Origin: a virus
Strand: one strand, 5' to 3'
Virus record (IMG/VR): IMGVR_UViG_3300027741_000027
Span: 32,001 to 96,000 of that record
Length of the DNA stretch: 64,000 nucleotides
A model generated the notes under the pieces. It was not told where the DNA came from, did no database searches, and worked only from the letters and a program-made list of their open reading frames with translations. The translations under genes and the position numbers were made by a program. This document shows, piece by piece, positions 8,844 through 17,557 of this stretch (the first letter of the stretch is position 1; the number at the start of each line of letters is the position of its first letter).

Positions 8844-11390
8844 TTACATAAACAGAGCAGAGTCATCTGAATCTGCCTGAGTTGTTGCGGGAGCAGTACT
8901 TGCCTCCCTAACTAGAGACGGAAGCCTCTTAGCTGTCCGCGCCGACTTCTTAAGGCCCGCTGTCTTAACGCGATTAGCGTAAATCAGTGAAGCCTCAACA
9001 ACTGCGGGCGCTGCCTTTTCAAGCTCAGCAACTCTTGCATACTTCTGTGAAGCGTCAAGAATGCCAAGTTCGATCTCAGTATCAGCCAACTTGAAGGCCG
9101 ACATGATATGAGCGGTGCTATCATTACCATCACCAAAAGCATGATCCTTAGAATCAACTCCAGTTGGGTAAAATTCCTTACTATTCTGATCGTGATAGAA
9201 ACTCTTATTCTGAGGATCTACTGGATCAGCCTGACGAGTTACCGCGCTATTACCATCTGGGAAAGTAGCTGTTGGGCCAGAATCCTGAGTGGTAATTGCA
9301 TATGGTCCCATGCTATCTGTTACATCAATGCGGTCATCAGCCTTACCCATTGGGTCGGAAGGCTCCACGCCGCGAACATCTGATACAACCCATGATGAAG
9401 CCTTTGCTGCTGGCTCATGCATTGTAAGAGGCGTAGCGCTATCTGAGTTAAATACCTGATAGCTACTTACGTCAGTTACTGGGTCTTGCTGACCGAGTGA
9501 ATCGCCCTCATTTGCACCAAAAGTATCTGTGTGGATAGCTTCAATGTTTTTTGAGTGTTCATCGCCCTGATCAACTTGTACTGTCTTTTCATTGCCAGTG
9601 CCAACACCAGAAATGCCACCAATATCGGTAACATTAACTTGAGCGTCAGCCTTGGATGCGTCTTCATTTGAAGCTCCACCAACGCCACCAGTTCCGACTA
9701 CATCAGTATTGTAGTCAGGCTTGGCAACAGCCGGTGCGCTTGTCATTGCGTCAGCGATATGTGTTTCCATGTTGTTCCTTTTTCTGTTACCAGCAGCCGC
9801 AAGGAAATCCGATGCGGTGCGAACTGATGATGTGACGGGCCTTATTTGATCCTTCACAACATAGTCTTGCGGCTCATTAGACGCTGGTGGCGTCTGAACC
9901 GGAAGTATTGGTCGTTCAATTTTATTGATTTGTGAAATTTTTGTGTCGAATACTGTCCATTCGGCATCTGTTACATGAGAGAGCGTAGGCAAATTATTAG
10001 TATCAACATCTAAAGTTGATAAAGATTCTTCATTTGCTTCTTCTGATTCGTCACGCCTTTTAGCGGCGCTAAGATCTGGATCGCCAAAACCTTCAGGCTC
10101 TGCTTCATAACCACAAACGTCGCACTGTGGGCCATCCATAATTTCGCCACAAATGTCGCAAACCTTATCTTCGCGCAAAGTATCTACTTCTTCAGGAGCG
10201 CGAGTTTTAGTGATCTGTGGCTTATCATTAGAAGTTTTTTCACTCTTATCATGGCCAACTTCTTTGCCAACAACGGATTCCGCCCAAGAGCGACCTGAAT
10301 CTCCGCCCCAAAGCATCCAAGCGGTTTTCCAAGGTGAGTTACCTTTGCCGCCATCATCTGGGCGAGTTTTATCATGACGCTCAAAGAATGAATGCATACG
10401 CTTAACATGATCAAGGCTTAGAGCCTTGCCTGAAGCGATATCATGAGCACGACCTTTGGTTGCAGATTCAAGACCATCGCCAGCCTCGCCAGCTTCAACC
10501 ATTTCAAGACCACGACGAGCATTGTTTTGTACTGACTCTGGTGGAGTAAACCCTTCAGACGCAAATTTATTCATAGAAGCTTCCTTTACATTAGAACGTA
10601 CCTCGCGGATAAGAGCCGTCTCATCGGCGGGGTCAAATACTGCTGAAATCTCAAAGAACTTAATGCCGTAGCAGTCCTCATATGATTTCTTTGAAGTTTT
10701 ATGACCCGTCTCAGGATCGATGTAATCGCACATAGCGCCCTTCATGCGAACGTGGTTGCAAAACTCATCAGGAGTAGTTGCAGAGTTCTTGCAGATATTG
10801 CAAACAGAGCGCTCTACGTCACATCCCATTGAGAAACCATCAATGCCATTCTTGGCATTCTTTGATCCGTCAATAATTGCCTTAGCAAGCTTAGGGAATG
10901 ACTTAGCATCTACTTCAAGAAGAAGCTCAACCCAAGTTGGGGGAGTGTGATTAGAAGGAGCGTCGCGATAATAAGAATCTTTTTGAGCGGCAGTTTTATG
11001 ATCGTCTACATGAAGCTTTGCATCAACAATAACCCCACGCGCACGGGAGGGATCTGAATTATGATGATCTACAAAGATTGGCTTGCCAATGAAAGTAGAA
11101 AATCCATATTGATCATTAGCATTGGCGTTAACAGTGAATCCGCCAGTAGAAGAAGTGTGACGATCAAAAACATCCTGACCGCCAGCAAGCTCTACTGAGG
11201 GCCAGCCGTCATGATTTTTATTTACTCTTGAAGAAATGGCACGAATACGAGCGTAAAGATAACCATCTTCAGTACGATAATCTTCAAAAGCAGCAATTTT
11301 AGAAAGAGAAGCAGAGGCATCGCGCTCTGCTGAACCTTTAATCTCTAAAACTTTGCTGACCTCTAAAGAGGCGTATTTTGTGAATGCCAT
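8844..11390 (-). CDS. Capsid maturation protease fused to an acidic scaffold-like region
   Basis: N-terminal RAISSRVNKNHDG...FIGKPIFVDH...SMGCDV...CNIC...CNH...FFEISAVFDPADETA; low-complexity C-terminal half; position before the capsid genes. Confidence 0.75.
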   Translation of the reverse strand: MAFTKYASLEVSKVLEIKGSAERDASASLSKIAAFEDYRTEDGYLYARIRAISSRVNKNHDGWPSVELAGGQDVFDRHTSSTGGFTVNANANDQYGFSTFIGKPIFVDHHNSDPSRARGVIVDAKLHVDDHKTAAQKDSYYRDAPSNHTPPTWVELLLEVDAKSFPKLAKAIIDGSKNAKNGIDGFSMGCDVERSVCNICKNSATTPDEFCNHVRMKGAMCDYIDPETGHKTSKKSYEDCYGIKFFEISAVFDPADETALIREVRSNVKEASMNKFASEGFTPPESVQNNARRGLEMVEAGEAGDGLESATKGRAHDIASGKALSLDHVKRMHSFFERHDKTRPDDGGKGNSPWKTAWMLWGGDSGRSWAESVVGKEVGHDKSEKTSNDKPQITKTRAPEEVDTLREDKVCDICGEIMDGPQCDVCGYEAEPEGFGDPDLSAAKRRDESEEANEESLSTLDVDTNNLPTLSHVTDAEWTVFDTKISQINKIERPILPVQTPPASNEPQDYVVKDQIRPVTSSVRTASDFLAAAGNRKRNNMETHIADAMTSAPAVAKPDYNTDVVGTGGVGGASNEDASKADAQVNVTDIGGISGVGTGNEKTVQVDQGDEHSKNIEAIHTDTFGANEGDSLGQQDPVTDVSSYQVFNSDSATPLTMHEPAAKASSWVVSDVRGVEPSDPMGKADDRIDVTDSMGPYAITTQDSGPTATFPDGNSAVTRQADPVDPQNKSFYHDQNSKEFYPTGVDSKDHAFGDGNDSTAHIMSAFKLADTEIELGILDASQKYARVAELEKAAPAVVEASLIYANRVKTAGLKKSARTAKRLPSLVREASTAPATTQADSDDSALFM

Positions 11391-11419
11391 ATCGCCTCTT
11401 AAGTGTGGGATAAACTAAA

Positions 11420-11596
11420 TTATTTAGTTACAATGTCCCGAATTGACTTTTCTGCGTCATAAGTCAATGATTTAAAGGTGGCTTTGCAGCCCTTTTCTTG
11501 ACGCTCAGGAAGACCCCAAGATTCAATTAAACCAAGTACCCGGCCCCGAAGAGTATTAAACTCTTTAATAATAATTTCTTCGGAGTCAAGGCTCAT
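11420..11596 (-). CDS. Small hypothetical protein (58 aa, below ORF-track cutoff)
   Basis: Hand translation MSLDSEEIIIKEFNTLRGRVLGLIESWGLPERQEKGCKATFKSLTYDAEKSIRDIVTK; fills the gap between two head genes. Confidence 0.65.
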   Translation of the reverse strand: MSLDSEEIIIKEFNTLRGRVLGLIESWGLPERQEKGCKATFKSLTYDAEKSIRDIVTK

Positions 11597-11597
11597 T

Positions 11598-12620
11598 TTA
11601 TCGAGTCACTAAAGCGTGAATATAATCTCCGTCGCGCTTAATGCGAGCTACGCGAAAACCTTGATAAGTATTTTCAAGCTGAGCTTTAGCCATTCTAATG
11701 CTTACATCGCGATTAGGATCAGCCTTAGAAGCTGTAAATGACATCACTGGGCCTGAAGCTGAGGGGGATGCAGGAGCGGCTGCATTTGATGCTGTTGAAG
11801 CGCCGCAAGAGCATGGTTGACCGGGAGGGCAAGTGCAGCTTTGACCAGACATAGGAGCGCCTACTGGACCTGAGGCAGTGCCCATAGCAGGTGCGCCCAT
11901 AGCAGCAGGAGGCATTGAAGCATTAGCTTCACGTTTGCTGTCGCAATGCTCACAAGCACCCTTTTCGCATTCGCCTTCGCAGCTAGCAGTTTTAACTGAA
12001 GCAAATGAAGGTGAACCAACAGGGGTCATACCGGGCTTGTTAGGAACCTCACCGGGCTTAAGTTTAGCGCCTGAACCTGTTGGAAGAGGCTCTGATTTGC
12101 TAGGACCCTTTGGACGCTTAGGAGCAGGTGCAGCAGGAAGATCAGCAGATGGACCCTCTGGCATTTCATCCATATCTTCGCCCTTTTCGCTAATTCCAAG
12201 AGCATCAAGAAGAAGGTCAATCTTCTTCTCAAGTTCAGCAATCTTTTTATCTTCTGAGCGCTCATGCTTTTCTACATGATCTTCGCCCTCATGCTCTTCC
12301 ATTTCTTCAAGGGGTGATTCATTCATTTCATGCATGTCATCATGAAGGTCGGCGGGCGATTCATCAATATCTTCAAATGCGCCAGCGGCAGTCTTCTTGC
12401 AATGCTGACAACCTTTATCCTCGCAATGCTCGCAAGGCTTTACATCTTCATTTGAAGTCTTAGGAACAAGAAGCTTGGCAACCCAATGACCGCCCTGATT
12501 GTGAATGCTGGCAATTTTAGTTCCAGCTTGGAACTGACTATGATTCTGAAGCGAAAGAAGGGCTTCATGCTGAGTGAGTCCTGAAGCGGACTTAACGATG
12601 CGGGTTGTATAATCCATCAC
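11598..12620 (-). CDS. Hypothetical head-associated protein, low complexity with CxxC pairs
   Basis: 340-aa ORF; repeated CEHC/CQHC, acidic and Pro/Ala-rich segments. Confidence 0.7.
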   Translation of the reverse strand: MMDYTTRIVKSASGLTQHEALLSLQNHSQFQAGTKIASIHNQGGHWVAKLLVPKTSNEDVKPCEHCEDKGCQHCKKTAAGAFEDIDESPADLHDDMHEMNESPLEEMEEHEGEDHVEKHERSEDKKIAELEKKIDLLLDALGISEKGEDMDEMPEGPSADLPAAPAPKRPKGPSKSEPLPTGSGAKLKPGEVPNKPGMTPVGSPSFASVKTASCEGECEKGACEHCDSKREANASMPPAAMGAPAMGTASGPVGAPMSGQSCTCPPGQPCSCGASTASNAAAPASPSASGPVMSFTASKADPNRDVSIRMAKAQLENTYQGFRVARIKRDGDYIHALVTR

Positions 12621-12653
12621 TTGTTATCCTTTAGATTTAAGTTGTTTTTAAGG

Positions 12654-15600
12654 TCAGCAACCGAAAAGAAAGTAATCGGGGTCTGAATCGGCATAGTGAG
12701 TGCCTTCTAAATTAAGCTTGTCTGAATTGCGAGCTTCGCCATACTCATCAATAAGTTCACGCTGCTGCATAGGTGTGTAATGCTGTCCGGCTGTTTTTAG
12801 TGACGAAACATTACGCCCTTCTTGATGCTCTTTTACTGTATAAATTTGTTGCATGTAATTTTCACCGGCTTCTACGGTTGGCACATGATGATATGGGCAT
12901 TCGCCGGGTTCAAAATCTCCGCCCTCAATATTAAATTGACATGCTGGAGTTTCTGGGCAAGCCCAAAAACCAACGGTTGCCTTCTTTGTAGAACTACCGA
13001 TTTGAATATGAGGCGTTGAAAGGTCTGAATCCTGACCGGGAGCAGTGACGTTCTTAGTGTCAAGATTTTCCTCAATGCCAGCCGGATTATCTTCTGACCC
13101 AAAATCAGTTGAAACAAAACGATAACCGTTAAGATCTGCTTCTTTGCGATCAATTTCAATTGTGGTACGAAGTCCGCCATTAGATTCAATTTCATAAACA
13201 ACGGCATCTGGCTTAACTTCAACTACGCGACCAACATCTGGGATTTCATAATTATGAGCATAAATTTCATATTCCTTGCCCTCTTGAAGCGGTTCGCCAG
13301 AATCGTCTGCCCAAGTATGAGTAGAGTCATCTTCTTCTAATTCTTCAGGCTCGCTAAAAGAATCAACAGATCCGGGCATAACTTCCATTGGGCCTTCATC
13401 AAGATTCAAAGCCTGATAAAAACTAGCAGTTGTGCTTGTATCTGTTGAAGTACCATCAGAAGGAATTAGATTCTTATCATCCCATTTATGACCGCATGAG
13501 CGACACTCGCATCCACCGCTAGATTGATTTACAACACCGGTAGTGTGACCATCACATTTAGGGCATACGCTAGCGGCAGAATCGGCAGCATGTTTAAAAA
13601 TAGATTTAAGCATATCATTTCTTACATGAGACATGATTGGGGGCTGCATAGCGCCGGGGCCAGCAGGGTTAAGATCAGCAGGCGTAGGTGCACTCATATC
13701 AGGAATTCCGGGTGCAGGACCACCGGGGCCGAGAGGACCGCCCATACCCATATCTCCACCGGGAGGTGCTGGTGCGCCGGGTGCGCCCATGCCCTGCATT
13801 TGCTCTTCTGGGCTAGGAGCCATATCTTCTGGAGCGGCATCAAAAAGCTCATCTTGATTAGCAATCTCTGCCCAAATTTTAGTAATCTCTGGATTAGAAG
13901 GCTCATTAAACATCATATCTTCTAATTGGGCAACTTGTTCTTCATCAAGTTCCCCAGCCTCAAATAATTCGTGAAGGCGCTCAATAAATGCATTTTGTTG
14001 TTCATCTGTATGAGGACCCTGTGTATGTGATCCTTGTTTCTTTTGTTGAATTTGTTGCATAATTTGTTGTTCAGTCTGCTGCTGTTTTTGTTGATTGTTT
14101 TGAGTTAACTGCTGAGCTTGCTGTTGTTCTTCCGGAGTAAGGGGAGCAGTCTTATTAATTAGGTTAGGGGAAGTCTGTGTTTCCCAGCCTGCCGAAGCTC
14201 CAGCAGCATTTGCAGGACCAGCTTGAGGATCAAAACCATGAGTTGAAGGATCTATTACATTTGGTTTTTTCTGTTTAGGCATTTGAGTAGGATCAGGAGT
14301 TAAAGGCATTCCATCTCTTGGAACAAGGGTTTTTGGTCCAAAAACGGCAACGCCTGTTTTTTGAATATCGCGGTCGGATCCATTTAAGATTAGTAAAATT
14401 TCGTTTTCTTCAGGAGCAACATCGGGTAGATCAAGATAATCTGGAAATAATTCGTTAAACGCTTCATGAAACTCTTGAAGGTCGGGGTCGTCAATGCCTG
14501 ATTCTTCGGAAGAATAAAAATGTAATAATTTTGGTAAAGCTTTTGTAAGAATTTCAATTAAATGATCCTCACTATGACTTTCTTTAAATGGCTTATCTTC
14601 GCCCGTTCGACTTTGACCGATTCCATTTACAGAAAAATCTTTTTGCCAATATTGATTATCTCCGTCTGTCTTTGTATGCGGATCTACATTGTGAGGATCG
14701 GTAGTATCTTTTCTTTCACTAATTGAACTTGGGCTTTCAAATTCGTCTCCATAAGTAGCATTTTTATCAAAAGATAAATATTGCCATCCAGTGTCCGCAG
14801 GTTGATCAAAAGATTGTCCTCCGCTCATAGCAGGCTGTCCTCCGCCACCAGAGTTTTCGCCATCATTGCCTTCACCATCATCACTTTCGTCACCAATGCC
14901 AAGTAATTTTTTGACGCCTTCAAACGCAGCCATATTTTTACCTTTACTAAGGGCACCTTTAGCCAAAGAAGAAAGTCCTCCTAATAAGCGTCCGCCACCA
15001 AGAGCGGCCTCACCTGCGCCCAGTGCTTCTGCGCCTAATCCAGCGGCTCCAGCAGCCTCAGCAGCACCAGCAGCACCAGCAGCGGCTCCGCCAATTCCTA
15101 AACCAGACAGTGCAGCAGCGGCGGCTTCCGGTAATAAAGCTAAAAGTGGCCAAAGGGCTTCTTTACGAACTGATGCGGATTTATTTAAAGCGGATAAATC
15201 GTCAGTTCTTGCAATGTGATTAATAATGTCGGCCATATGAGGATCCTCTACTCCGATTTGAACTGAACCTTGTGTAATTTTTGGTCGAATAACTGACCAA
15301 TACTCTTTATAAGGCCGAAGTTTGCCATTTTCCTCTGGGTTCTCTACCCAAGCATTAAGAGCGATTAAAGCCTCATGTAAATTATCTGTAATACCTTCAG
15401 GCATTGGCATAGAATATTTGTTAGCGGCCTCTGTAAGCTCTTTAGAAGGCTCTACAACGTCAACGATATCCCAGCCTAGTTGCTCAACAGGAAAATTATC
15501 TGGTTCTTCATCAAGCCAAGGCGCTGTAGCAACTTTATTTGTTGATTGATTAGGCTCAGCTTGAGCGTTTTCAAAATCTTCAACAACTTGATCCCAAAGA

Positions 15601-16043
15601 TCTTGATTGTCATTATCTCCGGGATCGCTCCAGCTATGCTCGCCACTACTACGAACAGAGCCAAGCATTTCATCTCTGCCCATAGAGCGATCAGATCTAT
15701 CTCCGGGCTTCCACTGATTATCTTTTACAGGATGAGTTTCGCCAAGGCCAGCAGGTTCAGTTGCTTCATCAAGCTCAGCGATTTCTTCCCAATCCATTTC
15801 ATCCTTAAGCCCAGCAAGAATTCCTTCTTTCAAAGAATTGCCGCCCTGATCTTTACCATCTTCAAAAGTATTGCGTTCTTTCATTTCTTCTTCAACGGGA
15901 TTGGGCCGCCCGCGATAAGGACGATCCCGACCCTCAGTTTGCACTGTCTCAGGTTGAATTTCGCCTTGTTGAAAGAAAACCGTTCGCCCATTTTCAGGCG
16001 ATTCAATTTCGTCGTAGTGGTGCTCAGGACCTTTATGATCCAT
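12654..16043 (-). CDS. Large acidic multidomain head/internal protein
   Basis: 1129 aa. It has an Ala/Gly hydrophobic segment, poly-Q, a Pro/Gly/Met-rich region and zinc ribbons. The C-terminal KTAGQHYTPMQQRELIDE...ARNSDKLNLEGTHY motif I recall from cluster-C head proteins. Confidence 0.7.
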   Translation of the reverse strand: MDHKGPEHHYDEIESPENGRTVFFQQGEIQPETVQTEGRDRPYRGRPNPVEEEMKERNTFEDGKDQGGNSLKEGILAGLKDEMDWEEIAELDEATEPAGLGETHPVKDNQWKPGDRSDRSMGRDEMLGSVRSSGEHSWSDPGDNDNQDLWDQVVEDFENAQAEPNQSTNKVATAPWLDEEPDNFPVEQLGWDIVDVVEPSKELTEAANKYSMPMPEGITDNLHEALIALNAWVENPEENGKLRPYKEYWSVIRPKITQGSVQIGVEDPHMADIINHIARTDDLSALNKSASVRKEALWPLLALLPEAAAAALSGLGIGGAAAGAAGAAEAAGAAGLGAEALGAGEAALGGGRLLGGLSSLAKGALSKGKNMAAFEGVKKLLGIGDESDDGEGNDGENSGGGGQPAMSGGQSFDQPADTGWQYLSFDKNATYGDEFESPSSISERKDTTDPHNVDPHTKTDGDNQYWQKDFSVNGIGQSRTGEDKPFKESHSEDHLIEILTKALPKLLHFYSSEESGIDDPDLQEFHEAFNELFPDYLDLPDVAPEENEILLILNGSDRDIQKTGVAVFGPKTLVPRDGMPLTPDPTQMPKQKKPNVIDPSTHGFDPQAGPANAAGASAGWETQTSPNLINKTAPLTPEEQQQAQQLTQNNQQKQQQTEQQIMQQIQQKKQGSHTQGPHTDEQQNAFIERLHELFEAGELDEEQVAQLEDMMFNEPSNPEITKIWAEIANQDELFDAAPEDMAPSPEEQMQGMGAPGAPAPPGGDMGMGGPLGPGGPAPGIPDMSAPTPADLNPAGPGAMQPPIMSHVRNDMLKSIFKHAADSAASVCPKCDGHTTGVVNQSSGGCECRSCGHKWDDKNLIPSDGTSTDTSTTASFYQALNLDEGPMEVMPGSVDSFSEPEELEEDDSTHTWADDSGEPLQEGKEYEIYAHNYEIPDVGRVVEVKPDAVVYEIESNGGLRTTIEIDRKEADLNGYRFVSTDFGSEDNPAGIEENLDTKNVTAPGQDSDLSTPHIQIGSSTKKATVGFWACPETPACQFNIEGGDFEPGECPYHHVPTVEAGENYMQQIYTVKEHQEGRNVSSLKTAGQHYTPMQQRELIDEYGEARNSDKLNLEGTHYADSDPDYFLFGC

Positions 16044-16051
16044 GAGATATC

Positions 16052-16813
16052 CTAGTACTTAACGCTAGCGTCTGATGTACGGGCGTTGAGCCTGAAAATA
16101 GTTGGCCAAAGTACATCAGTCGTACCACCAAGAACAAATTTAAACCTAATGTAAGGACTTACGATCTCTTCAGTAAATTTGGCACTAAATCCAGTCACCG
16201 TTCCAGTTGGAGTGTCAATGACTCCGGAATTGCTAGTATTATCCGTAACTACCGTACTTTGGTAATCCCAATTTTTACCATCTGGGCTTTGCTGAATGTA
16301 AAGAGTGCCAGCATTATTACCAGAAGATGTACTTACGCCGTAATTAAATACTGTGCCATTAAGCTTGTCGTGAGTGTCGGTTTTAATAAAATCAGTTGTA
16401 ATAGTCCTGCTTCCATTGTTAGTAATGTCAACAAAGGTGTAAGCAGTTGAACCTGTTGACCAATAAGCTGAAGATGAAGATGGTGTGTTACCAACATTTC
16501 TATCAATCAATGAAACGTAGTAAGTAGTAGCTGTTACTTTGGTTGAAGATAGTGCAGAAGCAAGGGGGCGACTCAAACCAATTGTAGTTGAATTAATCGA
16601 CGTTACCGTTGTACTTGATTGAATTCCGCGTCCATTAAGGGCGGAAATGGTCATTCCAACTGCAAAGTCATTTGCAGAGTTAACGGTAATTGTTGAAGAA
16701 TCTACAGTTCCGGTAGCAGTTGTATTAGCAGAAGTTCCGTATCCAACGACGTCGCCTTTGTTATAAGTTGTATTACTATCGTAAAAGTAAATGTTTGCGC
16801 CAAGATATGCCAT
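16052..16813 (-). CDS. Putative virion structural protein
   Basis: 253 aa, T/S-rich; C-terminal beta-sandwich-like GTLYIQQSPDGKNWDY...PYIRFKF. Confidence 0.6.
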   Translation of the reverse strand: MAYLGANIYFYDSNTTYNKGDVVGYGTSANTTATGTVDSSTITVNSANDFAVGMTISALNGRGIQSSTTVTSINSTTIGLSRPLASALSSTKVTATTYYVSLIDRNVGNTPSSSSAYWSTGSTAYTFVDITNNGSRTITTDFIKTDTHDKLNGTVFNYGVSTSSGNNAGTLYIQQSPDGKNWDYQSTVVTDNTSNSGVIDTPTGTVTGFSAKFTEEIVSPYIRFKFVLGGTTDVLWPTIFRLNARTSDASVKY

Positions 16814-16852
16814 TCTATAAGTTATTCTTTCGTATTGGGTTATTTAGTAGGT

Positions 16853-17557
16853 TTATGTAAACGATACAATTGAGAATGTCAAGGTAGCGGTTAATGGTGT
16901 AATGCTTGTACCTTGAGTATGGAATCCCCAAAGATTGAAAAAGTCATATTGAGCTGCATAAACGTGCATTGATACCGTAGAAGCAAAAGAAGCAGCACCA
17001 AGAAGTGGAGTTTCTGCAAGGTTTGCACTTGGTGTTGTCATTCCAGTATAAAAGTTAACTAGGTAATTCGCCCCACCAGTAGGTGAATAATGCCTAATAT
17101 GCGTCCATCTGTTTCCTGTTGTGCTTGCACTTGGCCAAGTTATTAAACCGCTTATATGAATCCAACAAGCTTGTTTTACTTGCACAAATCCGTTTGCTAT
17201 GGATCCGCCATTGGTAGGGGTAGCCGTTACTATTTGAGTATTAAGTGCAGTATTACCAGAATCAGTTGAAACGGTATTAGTAGCTAAGTTTATATTAGTA
17301 AGTGTGGCAGTTGTCATAGACGCGGTTGTTCCTGTTAATTTAACAAGATCTCGTTTATCAACATAAGTTTTGGTTGCAGCATCATTTGCAGTTGTTGGAG
17401 CGGAAACGTTTGTAATTTTATTAGTATTAGCGGTAATAGACGCAGTTGCAGGACGATTAGTCGCAAGGTTATCCAAAGTTAAAGCAGTTGACAAATCACC
17501 ATAAGCAATAGTTCCATCAGTAATGTCAGTACTTGTTGTGTTAGGATTGTAAGTCAT
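16853..17557 (-). CDS. Putative fibre/appendage protein
   Basis: KITNVSAPTTANDAATKTYVD fibre repeat; C-terminal C1q-like beta region. Confidence 0.6.
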   Translation of the reverse strand: MTYNPNTTSTDITDGTIAYGDLSTALTLDNLATNRPATASITANTNKITNVSAPTTANDAATKTYVDKRDLVKLTGTTASMTTATLTNINLATNTVSTDSGNTALNTQIVTATPTNGGSIANGFVQVKQACWIHISGLITWPSASTTGNRWTHIRHYSPTGGANYLVNFYTGMTTPSANLAETPLLGAASFASTVSMHVYAAQYDFFNLWGFHTQGTSITPLTATLTFSIVSFT

